Below are positions 31,191 to 48,200 of a DNA stretch of 64,000 bases, one piece after another. The translations under genes were made by a program, and so were the position numbers. Within the stretch, counting starts at the first letter, position 1. Every line of letters begins with the position of its first letter. This stretch comes from Eledone cirrhosa (lineage: Eukaryota). The notes under the pieces were generated by a model, which did not search any database, was not told where the DNA came from, and was given only the letters and a program-made list of their open reading frames with translations. The stretch is taken from assembly GCA_964016885.1 (NCBI GenBank), contig OZ024741.1, positions 348,316,001 through 348,380,000 of the forward strand, in the 5' to 3' direction.

Positions 31191-31312
<122 letters not shown>

Positions 31313-31335
31313 ATATATATATATATATATATATA

Positions 31336-31405
<70 letters not shown>

Positions 31406-31444
31406 GTGTGTATATATATATATATGTGTGTATATATATATATA

Positions 31445-33722
31445 CCCTCAATTGTTTCTCCTTCTCGGATGAGTTTTACCAACAGGTCACGGGGGTAACC
31501 ATGGGTACAAGAATGGGCCCGAACTATGCCAACCTTTTTGTTGGCCATGTTGAGGCCCAAATCTTTGCCCACTACACCGGCCCCACGCCCGAACAGGTAC
31601 GGTCTTTACATCGACGACTGTATCGGAGCCACCACCCTCACCCGAGAACAGCTCGACTCCTTTCTCTCCTTCTTCTGCTCCTTCCACCCCTCCCTCCACT
31701 TCACCACCTCTATCTCCACCACCCACGTCCACTTCTTAGACATCTCCGTCGCATTCGACCCCTCCCACCACTCCCTCGTCACCTCCGCCTTCTTCAAACC
31801 CACCGACTCCCACTCCTACCTCGATTTCACCTCTTCCCACTCTACACACACTAAACACTCTATTCCCTACTCCCAACTCCTCAGGATCCGCCGCCTCTGT
31901 AGCCGAGATGCTGACTTCGAGTCCCAGGCCCTTTTACTAGTCAGCCATTTCATCCGCAGAGGTTAACCCCTATCTCGTCCACACCGTTCTCACCCGCGCT
32001 CTTGCTGTCCACCGCTCCACAACCCTCAGCCCACGCCACCGCACACCCACCCACCGTCTCCCCTTCCCCATCACCTACCACCCCTCCACATTACCTCTCC
32101 ACCGCACCATCCGCGGCCTCTTCCGACGCCTCCAGTCCGACCCTTCCACCTCCCACATCTTCCCAACCCCACCACTCCCCTCCTTCAAACGCGCACCCAA
32201 TCTCCGCACCCTCCTCGTCCACAGCTCCCTACACCCCAACCCACGCTCTTTTCCCACACGGTTCCTTTCCCTGTTCTAGGCCCCGCTGCAACACCTGTCC
32301 CCACATCACCAACACCACCACCTTCCAGGGTCCCAACGGCCACTCTCTCTCTGTCTGGCATGCCTTCCGCTGCACCTCATCCGTCGGACAGACTGGACGT
32401 CGCCTGGCGGACCGATTCACTGAGCACCTCCGGGATATTCGTCTCGGTGGTAGTTCCCCCATCGCCCGCCACTTTGGTGCCCCTGAACATTCCTGACGCC
32501 ATCTCACAGTCTGTGGCCTACTCCAATGCCACGGAACACCCGCCAATCTCCTCATGGTTGAACAAAGAACCATCTTCATCTTACAGACCCACACTCCCCC
32601 CCGGCCTGAACTCCCCACCCTTATTCCTTTAGCCTTCAACCGCCCCCATCCCCCAAACATATCCCCCACTAATACCACTAACACCCCCTTCATCAAACTA
32701 CACACACACCAGTATACCACACTCCCTCCATCGACCCCCACACCCTTCTCTCCCCGCTCCGCCCACACCCTTTCTCCAACACTCACTCATCCCACTAACA
32801 CCTCTACTAATACACACACACCCTCCTCACCCCAACTTTCACACCTACCCATCCTTGCCCCTTTACCATTCCACCCTACTGCTGCCCTCTGACCACCTTC
32901 CAGCACACACAGACATACAGCACTCCTACCGCCTTGACCACTTCCTGTTGCGCGCGCACTCCACATCTCTCCTCTTCCGACCATCTCTTCATGGAATACT
33001 CGTATGTGAACCTTGACCGCGGAATCAATACCATCCTAGGAGTTTACCAACCATTCAACCACATCTTCTTACGGAATCACCTTTATAACTCGCCCACACA
33101 CACACACGCAAAAAACATTTTTTTCCCACACGCCACCTACACCCACAACACGCTTAAACCCCACACACACGTGCTTTCCACCACATATTTACACCTTCAG
33201 CTTCCAGATTCCTCTCCCCCCACCCCTCTATCCACACACGCACACACACTCCGACCTACACCCCACCCTACACACACGTCTTCCTGAACATGCAACCCCG
33301 TTCTTCCACCCAACCCTTGCTTTCACATACGCACACACACACACACACGTACACCTACACATACACACCACTTTCAGCCCTCCCCGCTCGGACACCCCAT
33401 CTCCCTCTCCGCACTCCACCCACCACCACCCCTACACGCTCCACACCCTTCCACCACCTGTTTCACCCCATTTTAATTTTATTTTGTTTTGATCATGCTT
33501 TTATTTTTAATTTCATTCGCACCGTTTCCTCCCACCCCCTTTTCGCTATATGTCTCTCCACCACTCCCCTACACACCCTTTGAACTCTCTTCCCACACAC
33601 TTTTCACCTGAAGAAGGGCTTATGCCCGAAACGTCGTTCCCCACCACCACCCCACTCTCAAGAGCGTGAAATTAATAAACATTCGTTGTACTGCCTCTCT
33701 GTTTTGTTCCTGTTCAAATTTT
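31445..33722 (+). mobile_element. Penelope-like element (Neptune-like): 5'-truncated RT, GIY-YIG, C/A-rich 3' UTR and pLTR
   Basis: [97 protein letters not shown]; several frameshifts and stops; HHR at 33605. Confidence 0.92.
33605..33638 (+). ncRNA. Minimal type I hammerhead ribozyme in the PLE pLTR
   Basis: ac-CTGAAGA-a-GGGC ttat GCCC-GAAAC-GTC-gt; palindromic stem III; AATAAA at about 33674. Confidence 0.8.
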
Positions 33723-33767
33723 CCATTATATATATATATACATATACATATATGTATATATATATAT

Positions 33768-33962
33768 AAGTTATTCCGGGTTGAATCGGGGTTACCATAG
33801 TAAGTAAGGTACTCAATACATAGCAAAATATAAATGTTTTAACATAGAAAGGGTTCTACAGGACTAGAACTGTTTCATTCGTTAAAAATCATCATGAAGC
33901 TGACTGATGATTTCTGACGAATGAAACAGTTCTAGTCCTGTAGAAGCTTTTCTATATTAAAA
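33768..33962. mobile_element. Family F4 palindromic HHR mini-element
   Basis: Palindrome about 33838-33962; CTGATGA (33904-33910) tttctgacgaat GAAAC agttcta. Confidence 0.75.
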
Positions 33963-34574
33963 TATATATATATATACATATATTTACGTAGAAAACGGAG
34001 CATATGTGCATAAACACACCTGCACTGTGTCGTATTTGTGACAGTATCGTATTAGCTCAATGTACAATAACAGAGCCGTTATAGATAAAATATATCAAAG
34101 AACGCATACATACTCATACAGGCTGTTTTATACATCCAAATCCTCAGACCCTAGAAACTCCAGACTGAGATGTGTTACATGTCCAAGTTATAACTCCAAA
34201 TCCTCCTAAGATTATATGTATCCCACTCCGCATTCCAAGCGTAACCGCATCCAAATATTGCTTGATTATATGCAGGAGTAATTGCTCCTTGACCTCTCGC
34301 GCGCAGCACAAAACACAGAAAATAACATAAAAGTGCTCAGATCAGATCCCTAATTCCACCAGGCGCAGGAGTATGTCTGTCAATTGAGGTCATACTCATA
34401 CAGGTATACGTTAGTCATACAAGACAGCTCCCATAACCCGCAATAATCAAGGAACCCGGCTCCGCAAAAAATAAACACAGCCGCTTCACAATTAGTCCAA
34501 ATGACGATAGGTATATACACACCAATCCATGACGCAAAAGGCACATACGGGGTATTACTCTTTTCTGTCACTAA

Positions 34575-37843
<3,269 letters not shown>

Positions 37844-37961
37844 AACATATATATATTCATATATGTATATATATATATATATATACATATATGTATATAT
37901 ATATACATATATCTATATATGTATATATATATATATATACATATATCTGTATATATATACA

Positions 37962-38001
<40 letters not shown>

Positions 38002-38092
38002 TGTATATATGTATATATATACATATATGTATATATATATATGTATATACATATATATATATATACATATATGTATATATATATATATATAT

Positions 38093-38189
38093 TGATTGTT
38101 TCTACTTTAGACACAAGGCCAGCAATTACCCAGTTCATTACCGGTACTTTATTTTATCGACCCCGTGAGGATGAAAGGCGAAGTCAACT
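38093..38189 (-). mobile_element. SINE S1, 3' half
   Basis: cacaaggccagcaatt...tttattttatcgaccccgtgaggatgaaaggcgaagtcaac. Confidence 0.8.
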
Positions 38190-38571
38190 TAATAAGAGGA
38201 ATTGCGACTTTGTCTGATTTACTCGTTTTATTTAAAATCCTTTAAAATTTATAATGGTATTATAATGAAATAGTATGATATAATATTAAATGTTAAGTGT
38301 TAATTGAACAAGTACATTCATGCTTTCGGAATCTTCAGGTTCATAATGTGTGGTGACAGTTAAGTTTGCAATTTTCAATAGTTGAAAATTGCAAACTTGA
38401 CTGTCACCACACATTATGAACCTGAAGATTGCGAAAGCATGAAAGTACTTGTTCAATTAACACTTAACATTTAATATTATATCATACTATTTCATTATAA
38501 TACCATTATAAATTATAAAGGATTGTAAATAAAACGAGTAAATAAGACAAAGTTGGAATTGCCCTTATTAA
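38189..38571. repeat. Long palindrome (about 190-bp arms, 3-nt loop at 38379-38381) with an HHR in each arm
   Basis: Arms are reverse complements with a handful of mismatches. Confidence 0.92.
38417..38455 (+). ncRNA. Minimal type I hammerhead ribozyme
   Basis: TGAAC-CTGAAGA-t TGC gaaa GCA t-GAAA-gtac-TT-GTTCA; 5-bp stem I, palindromic stem III. The mirror copy (38305-38343) has GAAT instead of GAAA. Confidence 0.8.
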
Positions 38572-38633
38572 TAATCTTCTATACACAATCATACACACCC
38601 GTGTATATTTATCTATATATATATATATATACA

Positions 38634-38728
<95 letters not shown>

Positions 38729-38733
38729 AAATA

Positions 38734-40870
38734 TGTCCTGGGTATGACATTAAACTACATCCAGTGACAAGGCTCCAGTTCGGGAGTTCAGGAGTCGTGT
38801 GAAATGTGGAGTTACCCCTTAGTTGTCATGACTCCCAGGTCTTCCCTGGCCCGGGGTGGTAGTACCTGTTAGGGCTCCATTTATGGGTTAAATAACTACC
38901 TTATTCGAGTGGCGCCGGAAAGGTATTGTCAGCCATTGAAAAGAAATATGGAGAGTCGATCTAACAGCACTAGGGTTAGTGCCCCTAATTACACTGTCAA
39001 GGAGCAGCCTGGTCGTTATGACTCTGCTGGCTTAGAGCCGCAGAGAGGGCTGGTGGATGATGGATCGGCTGTCTCTGAGACAAATATAAAGAATGCAGGT
39101 TTGTCCTGCAGAAGAGCCATCAAAATGGGCACTTTGAATGTGAGGACTATTCGGACGCTGGAGAAGAGAAAGGAGTTGTGACATCTGTTCGAGGAGAGTG
39201 GTATACAGATACTTGCGATCCAAGAACACGGGATCCTACACGATGAGCCCGTGAGGAGTGTGATCATCGGTAGGAGGAGCCAGCTCATCACTACATCGGA
39301 AGTGAAGAACACAACAAATGCTGCAGTGGGAGGAGTGGGTTTTGTGTTCAGTGCAAAGACCAATCTGTTGGTGAGGGAAATAATGCCTATCTCCCCGCGA
39401 GTGTTGAGGGTGACCTTCAATGGAAACCCACGACTGACAGTCATCTCAGCCTATAGTCCAACCGAGGGGGAGTGATGTGAGTGCGGAAGAGTTCCATGAG
39501 GAGGTGTGTAGAGCTGTCAACACCACTCAGGCACACAATATCCTGCTTGTTTTGGGTGACTTCAATGCGCATCTGAGTAAGGAGGGCAGTGAAGATCCTT
39601 GCTGGTATTTCCATAACAACACCAACCGAAATGGAAGACTACTGAGAGATACCTTGCTGGAGGCGAACTTGATGGCGACCAACCTAAGGTTTAGGAAGAA
39701 TCTGGGGAAGATGTGGACCTACATCTCGGATGTGCACCTGTCCAAGTCCCAGATTGATTTCATTCTGGTGAGGAAAAAGTGGCGGAATAGTGTTCTGAAC
39801 ACAGAGCCATACAACTATTTTAGTACACTGGGTAGTGACCACCGGCTTGTTATGAGTGAGGTCCGGGTGAGCTTAAGAAAGAGCAAGGCTCGGCCCCGGA
39901 GAGCAATCTATGACTGGGGAGCTTTCAAGGAAGATGATAAGCAACAGGACAGGTTCACAGTGGAGGTGAGAAACAGAATTAGTGCTCTGTGTGGAGAGTC
40001 AGAGGAGAGAGAGATTGGATGGACTGAATAGAGTGTGACGAGGAGGTACGGGCACTTCACCAATGCAGTAGCGGAAGCAAGTGAAACCCTGGTGCTGAGG
40101 AAAAAGAACAAAGGGAAGCACGTCAGCTCTGCAAACCCAAAAGTGTGTGCAGCCAGAGAACACCTGAAATCTGCCAAGGACCAATTCTATGCTGATCCTA
40201 CGGAGGAGAGGATGGGGACTGTGGAGGTGATGAGGGAAGAGCTCTGTACCGCTTACACTGAGGTCAGAGAGGAGGCACTGATAGAGAAGATCAGAAGTGT
40301 GGAGAGAGCGGTTGACAGATATGGATGTAAGGAGAGCTGGATGATCATCAACGAGATCACCGGGAGGAGGAGAAGGTGTTCGAGTCAAATCCGAGGATAG
40401 GAAGAGGAAATGGCTAGACCATTTTAGGACCCTACTAGGAGAGCCACCCTCCACAGCCCAGAGCACTTGGGAGATCAGGCGGCTGTTTGAGGAACTGGAT
40501 GTTGAGACAGAGCCATTCACCAGATAGGAGCTTCAGAGAGCCATGAAGAGGATCAAAGAGGGCAAGGCTCATGGAGAAGATGGAGTGGTATCAGTGGTGA
40601 TGAAGAGGTGTGATTTTGATGATATCATCCAGGGGTTCTCTAACGAAGCACTGGAGAAAGGAGTTGCCCCAAATCAGTGGAGGATCAGTAACATCGTCCC
40701 AGTGCCAAAGAAGGTAGATCTCTCTAACACCAACAACTACAGGGGGATCTCGCTGACGTCGCTTGTGGCGGGGACCTTCAGCGGGGTGGTTCTTGGCGGG
40801 ATCAGGCCTGGAGTGGTGGGGGGCTCGGGAACGGTCGGGCGGCTTCGAGGGGTGGATCGTCCGCCAGTCG
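38734..40870 (+). mobile_element. RTE-type LINE: 5' UTR, APE endonuclease and start of RT; 3'-truncated
   Basis: MGTLNVRT, ILAIQEH, GGVGF, ISAYSPT, VLGDFNAH, NRNG, QIDFILV, GSDHRLV, then KAHGEDG, IVPVPKK..NYRGISL; a few stops and frameshifts. Confidence 0.92.
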
Positions 40871-40942
40871 CACACACACAAAAACAAGATGGCGTAGGAC
40901 AGAACAAAAGAGAGGTACAAAAAACAAAGAAAAGAATCCCCA

Positions 40943-40985
40943 GTCACTGAAGATTTCACAGAATGTGTGACGAAAGAACTTTGAC
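40943..40985 (+). ncRNA. Minimal type I hammerhead ribozyme
   Basis: GTCA-CTGAAGA-tt TCACA gaatg TGTGA c-GAAA-gaac-TT-TGAC. Confidence 0.72.
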
Positions 40986-41130
40986 AATATATAAACAACC
41001 ATCTCGTTGTGGAACCAACCAACCAACCGGAAATTTATAAATTCCTAAATTTATAAATTTATTATAATAAATTGAAGTGAAGCAACTGGTGCGTGTGTTT
41101 CTTATTGTCAACATGACCCTCCCAAAGTAT

Positions 41131-41220
<90 letters not shown>

Positions 41221-41226
<6 letters not shown>

Positions 41227-41821
41227 GAGGTTGGTAATGGCACATGGAATATATAAGAGACAGAATACTTTTTTGTGAAAAAACATAATTTTATAAGGTA
41301 AGGAAATAATAAAGGGTATAAAAAATGACCGGTTTCGATGGGTCTGCAAAAGCCATCTTTTCAAATGTTGATTAATATTAAGAAAAATTAATAATACGAA
41401 GAGTTAAAATTTGAGACTTGAAAATTCAAGTATAACATTCATTGTGGGATTTCATAGCAGTTTTCATCTAGGTAGCAACAACAGGTTGACTGCTGTGTCC
41501 CTTTCTGGTAGTGAATGAGAAGTTATTTGGGGTGTGGGTTATTTTATAAAGGTCAGATTTAGCAATCGCCAGCTGCTGGTCAGTGAGGGGGTGGAAGCAA
41601 TATACACACACATATCTTCCTGTGATGGGTAGGAGAGTGGAGCGTGATAGAAAAGGATTTAGTGCACTTACACCTATATATACACACATACCTTCATCCA
41701 CACATACATACATATACATATACATATATATATATATATATACATATACACACATACATACACACACACATAGATACATATACATACACACATACACACA
41801 CACACACATATATATACACAT

Positions 41822-41868
<47 letters not shown>

Positions 41869-41935
41869 TATATATACATACACATACATCCAGATACACA
41901 CATACATACACACACACACACACATATATATATAT

Positions 41936-41991
<56 letters not shown>

Positions 41992-42155
41992 CCACACATA
42001 CATACACACACACATATATATATACATACACACATACAAACATCCACACACACACACACACACATATATATACACACATACACACACATATATATACACA
42101 CACACACACACGCATATATATATATATATACACATACGCATACATCCAGATACCC

Positions 42156-42196
<41 letters not shown>

Positions 42197-42343
42197 CAAT
42201 CATTTTTTATACCCTTTATTATTTCCTTACCTTATAAAATTATGTTTTTTCACAAAAAAGTATTCTGTCTCTTATATATTCCATGTGCCATTACCAACCT
42301 CAATTTTCTCTATAACCTTCCCTTTTGTGTAGAAAATTACACT

Positions 42344-42350
<7 letters not shown>
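41221..42350 (-). mobile_element. pLTR-like element with a U3-A8 variant HHR and an inverted tail copy
   Basis: About 107-bp inverted repeats at 41221-41327 and 42200-42307; HHR at 41325-41366 on the minus strand. Confidence 0.7.
41325..41366 (-). ncRNA. Variant hammerhead ribozyme (UUGAAAA core)
   Basis: at-TTGAAAA-GATGG cttttgcagac CCATC-GAAAC cg GTC-at. Confidence 0.6.
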
Positions 42351-42378
<28 letters not shown>

Positions 42379-42379
42379 T

Positions 42380-43268
<889 letters not shown>

Positions 43269-43955
43269 ACACACACACACACACGTATATATATATATAT
43301 ATATATATATATAACCCCTGGTATGCATGCACATTCAGACAAACACATATACACACACAGAGGCACACATGGGCAATTGCACCAACCCTTAAAATATTTC
43401 TAAGTATTAACAGGAAGCGACATTGACCTGACAGAGGACCAAGCTGTTTAAAGGGATATGAGGTACATCTAGATTTTTCGTATATCTGTACATGATGATA
43501 CGACAGGCGCAGATGTATCAAAGAAACGTGCAGAAGATTTACAAAGAGTGTATAATATGTCATTGGATGCAGAGAGGGAAGCAAGATGGATGCTTTCTCC
43601 GTGTCAGTATAGACTACAAATCCGTCATAATTGAGCAATGGAGATAAAGCGGATCCTGCAAAGTTTGTGATGAAATGTTGGACAAGTGATCATGAAGTTT
43701 GACTGCAATCTGCATGTTGTGAGTATTTGCCAGTTGTTTACTATAGAAGTTATTCTTCTGGATTTGGATAGTGGTTTTATGAGAGCTATGATGCTGGGTA
43801 CAATCTACTCAGTATTGAGAAGATATTGAGATATTTCAGGTTTCATCGCCTTTGATTTGTGGCTGTTGTTGCAACGCAGATACGACTGAATAACTTGGAG
43901 GGAAATGGGGCATTGTGTTTTGTTTTGTGAGCGATTTGGTGAAATAAGTCTAATT

Positions 43956-44133
43956 AATTGTTCCTTCTTTTGGCACAAGGCCAGCAATTATCCAGTGTAT
44001 TACTGGTTCTTTATTTTATCGACCCCGTAAGGATGAAAGACAAATTTAACCTCGGCGGGATTTGAACTAAGAACGTAAAGGGCCATAACCACTGTGCTGT
44101 AAAGCATGTTGTCTGACCCTCTACTGATACTGC
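43956..44133 (-). mobile_element. SINE S1
   Basis: Same core and B box as 959-1148. Confidence 0.85.
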
Positions 44134-44595
44134 GGGGAGGGACAAATTTAAAAATCACATACCTCCATGTTTCTGAGCAAAAACTCTGCTGCTAAAAGTA
44201 GTTAACATAGCACTTGCGACACAGTGACAAATTGACAGATAAGAGTTATAGAACACTTATCAGGAGAGTATGCATTTCGCAGCATGTTGATGGATTGTAA
44301 TTAGCAAGGATAAGGTTGAGATCGGGAGAAGAGGTAGGAAGAGGTTTTAAAAAAAACAACATTTGTATGTAAAGATCCATGTACAGTTACAGTTAAACCC
44401 CAATGTGTACCAGATGATAGATGGGTATAGTGGCATGACGATACATATAAGAAAATATAGGAAGTAATATACCCGGACACTTAAGCATAGAATTATGCGC
44501 GCGCACACACATACAGGCGCCCACACAAACATCAAATACGCCTACACACACATTTCTTTCCATATATATATATATATATATATTTATGTGTGTGT

Positions 44596-44642
<47 letters not shown>

Positions 44643-45037
44643 TATATATATACACGTGTATATATATATATGTATATACCTTACGGCCCTCACGTGCTAT
44701 CTATGTTGATTCGGTGGTATGTAAAATGTTCCATTAATGATTTTTCTTCTCAATGTAAACATAAGCAAACATTTCAACAGTCAGCTGAACCTGCGGGACA
44801 TATAGGATGTGATATCTAAACGAAAGCAAAGCATGTTCCTTCACGTTAGCGACACCGAAATTTTGAAACTCAAATTATCCGTCGGCGTGATGTGAACGCA
44901 GTGAGCAGAAACAGACGCTCAAATTACTGCCAATTGACCACATGGTGTATATATTTACACGCATACACACACACACTCATATATATATATATACATACTT
45001 ACCTTCATAAAAATATATATGTATACACATGTGTGTA

Positions 45038-45075
<38 letters not shown>

Positions 45076-45081
<6 letters not shown>

Positions 45082-46610
45082 ACAATGGGCTCTAACGATT
45101 CGGCGGAAATAACTGATATTGTGGCGTTACTTATCGCCTTTAGACTCCAGGAAAAATTCAGCAATCTCCACGATGGAATATACCGCGACGATGTTCTCCT
45201 ACTAGTTAAAAACCTTAATAACCAAAAACTAGAAAAACTACGCAAAGATATAAGAAAACTACTACTCGAAATAGGACTAACTATAACATATGAATACAAC
45301 GTTAAAGTAGTTACCTTCCTGGAAGTCACACTCAATTTAAACTCTCGTCTGATTAAACAGTTTCATAAATTGAATGAAAATCTCAAGTACGTAAATGTTG
45401 GGTCTAAACACCCCATCTCTATAATTAAATCTATCCCTAAAAATATTTCCCTTAGAATCTCGGGTCTATCTTCTAACATACAAGTATTTAAGGAACACGC
45501 CGAGTACTACGATAACGCCCTTAGTAAAGCAGGCTACCTCAACAAGATAGAGTATATAGATGAGAACAATCAAAACACCCAAAATAAATCCCACATAGTA
45601 AGATATAATAACACAACACCAAACCACACTTACTACCATAGTATACACACCAGTAAACCAACAAACAAAACTAATAGAAAGCGATGCAAAGAGTACTTAT
45701 GGTATAACCCTGATAACAATAATTCCATTAGTACAAATTTACCAGTACTCTTCTTTAAAATAATTAAGAGACATTTTCCTACATCACACAAATACCACAA
45801 AATCCTAAACCCTACCACTATAAGACTGTCTTACTCTACAGCGTTAAACCTTGAAAAACACATAAAAAAGATCAATACTAAAAGGTTAAACGAAAACACT
45901 AAAAACTTAAGTACAAAGAACACAAAAAAAACAGTAGACAATACACTACAGAACATAAATAAACCACACCTAAGTTCGTCCGCAATACTACTCCAGAGAA
46001 AACCCAACGTACACAACTGTAACTGCACCTATCCTGACAACTGCCCCCTCGGCAATAACTGCCTGGAAAAAATATCATTTATAAGTGTACCATTAAATCC
46101 GGAGGCAACGAGTGGTATTACGTGGGATCAACGGCAACATCGTTTAAATCTCGATTATATAGGCATTCTTACTCAATAAAACACCAGCGCCAAAGAAATG
46201 TAACAACTTTAGCAGAAAAAGCTTGGACGCTCAGGGATAACGATCAAAAGTTTACCCTAAAATGGGAGAAATTAGCTAAAACCCAAAGCTTTTCCAGGAG
46301 CCAAAATTTCTGCAAATTGTGTAATCTTGAGATTTATTACATAATCACACACAAGAAGAAATTGCTTAATAACAGAATTGAACGAACATTATTCTGCCGT
46401 CACCGAACTAAAACTCTTTTTTCCCACTACTAGCTGAATATTACATAAAAGAGGGACATCCCCCAACTATATAAACCTCAATCTAGTTAGAAAAATATAA
46501 AAACAATCTCTTCTCAACATAAAAAATGTATATTAATAACCTTAAATTACCACACTAATAATGGAAAGATATGCTGATGAGAATAGGTGCGAATATGGTA
46601 TAATGAATGT
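45076..46610 (+). mobile_element. Penelope-like element, Naiad-like, 5'-truncated RT plus endonuclease (one frameshift near 46070)
   Basis: [94 protein letters not shown]; decayed CTGATGA at 46574. Confidence 0.9.
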
Positions 46611-47265
46611 GTCTAAAAGCGACCATATGTATGTATATATATGTGAAAATGTATATAAATAAGTAAATATATATATATGTTTGATGTGTATAGTTGGATG
46701 TAAGTGTATTCATGTATTAAAGTGTTTCTATATATATATATATATATACACATAGACTGGAGTATGTATGTATATATGTGTGTGTCTATACGTGTGTATA
46801 TAAAGATAAGTTGAGTATGAAAATGTATACACATGAATGGGTATGTATGTACATGTATATATGTATATATATATGTGCATGTGTATATGTATGTAAGTAT
46901 GAGCATGTAAGTATGTGTATGTGAGTATATGTATTTTGTAGAGGTGTGCGTATATGTTTGTGTGTGAATGCGTGGGCGAAAGGATACGTACACTTGAAAG
47001 AAAAATTTAAGTCTGAATGTTAATTAAGTGCAAACACAAAACCAACCATGCATATCTATACTATCTCTAATCCTTCTATAGATTTAGAAAAATAACCAAT
47101 AATATATTCTATAAAAATGTCAAAACAACAGATGGGAATCTAATTACTCACTGTCACCAAAAATTCTCACTGCTATCAAAAAACCACTCCCTCAACTATT
47201 CTTCTAACAACTTCACCCCTCTCTCCTAATATTCTCTATAAAAACCAAACAGGTCCTCAGTAAAA

Positions 47266-47386
47266 TTATTCTGATGAAATGACAGTTGATAATAACATTG
47301 AAATATTGAATGTCTGCATAACTAATACTTTGTAGATAGCAGCTGTTTTCAGGTTATGTAACTGTTATTGAAACACGTGTCAATAA
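47266..47386 (+). ncRNA. Type I hammerhead ribozyme with an expanded stem II
   Basis: TTATT-CTGATGA-AATGACAGTT...(about 70 nt)...AACTGTTATT-GAAAC acgt GTC-AATAA; complete core, all three stems pair. Confidence 0.82.
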
Positions 47387-47420
47387 ATTCCTTTTAACTA
47401 AACTGTATCCATTTAAATCC

Positions 47421-47493
<73 letters not shown>

Positions 47494-47929
47494 TGTGAAT
47501 GTATATGAGAACCTGTGCGCGTGTGAACCAATGGAGCACACGTCATTAGCTATCACAGTCAGGACGATTCCACTTAGAACGTACAATCTAAACGTCAAAT
47601 TCATCATGTTTTATTATTGAAACCCCGTTTGCTAATATACCTTCAGCTCGTTTTGAAAGTGAAGACATATAAATCCCGAATCAATAAAATATTTAATTAA
47701 TGATCTTCCCTTATTAATGAGAATATACGAATAAACTTCTTCAATTTTGGTATACGCTTGGCTTCATTCCTGTAGTATTTTGTTTTTCTATCTCCTTCAA
47801 CCTTATACCTACATACATAAAGACACACATAGACATACTCTCATAAATATAGAAACATTATATAGGTATACATGTGTGTTATTATGTATACAGAAAGATA
47901 TACGCATGTAAATGTACATATAGACACCA

Positions 47930-48200
47930 ACTTCAATCACGAATGTCCATCGGATTTGCCTGTAGAATGTTGCCCTCCGAGGCACAAAGTGTGCATACTA
48001 GTCTCTAAACCCCATACCACTGGTTATCCAAGGGAAAGTCAAGGGCTGTTGCAGCTTAGCACAAGTGATGTCGCAACTCGCTTCTACAGCTGCGTGAAAC
48101 TGGAGTAACGTGAAATAAACAGTCTTGCTCAAGTACACAACACACCGGTCGGTCCTGATACGAACTCACAACCTAACGATTGTAAGATCGACAAATTATT
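47930..48200 (-). mobile_element. Second SINE family, decayed
   Basis: Minus strand has a B-box-like GAGTTCGTATC followed by TGTGTACTTGAGCAAGAC (CORE-like box). Confidence 0.5.
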
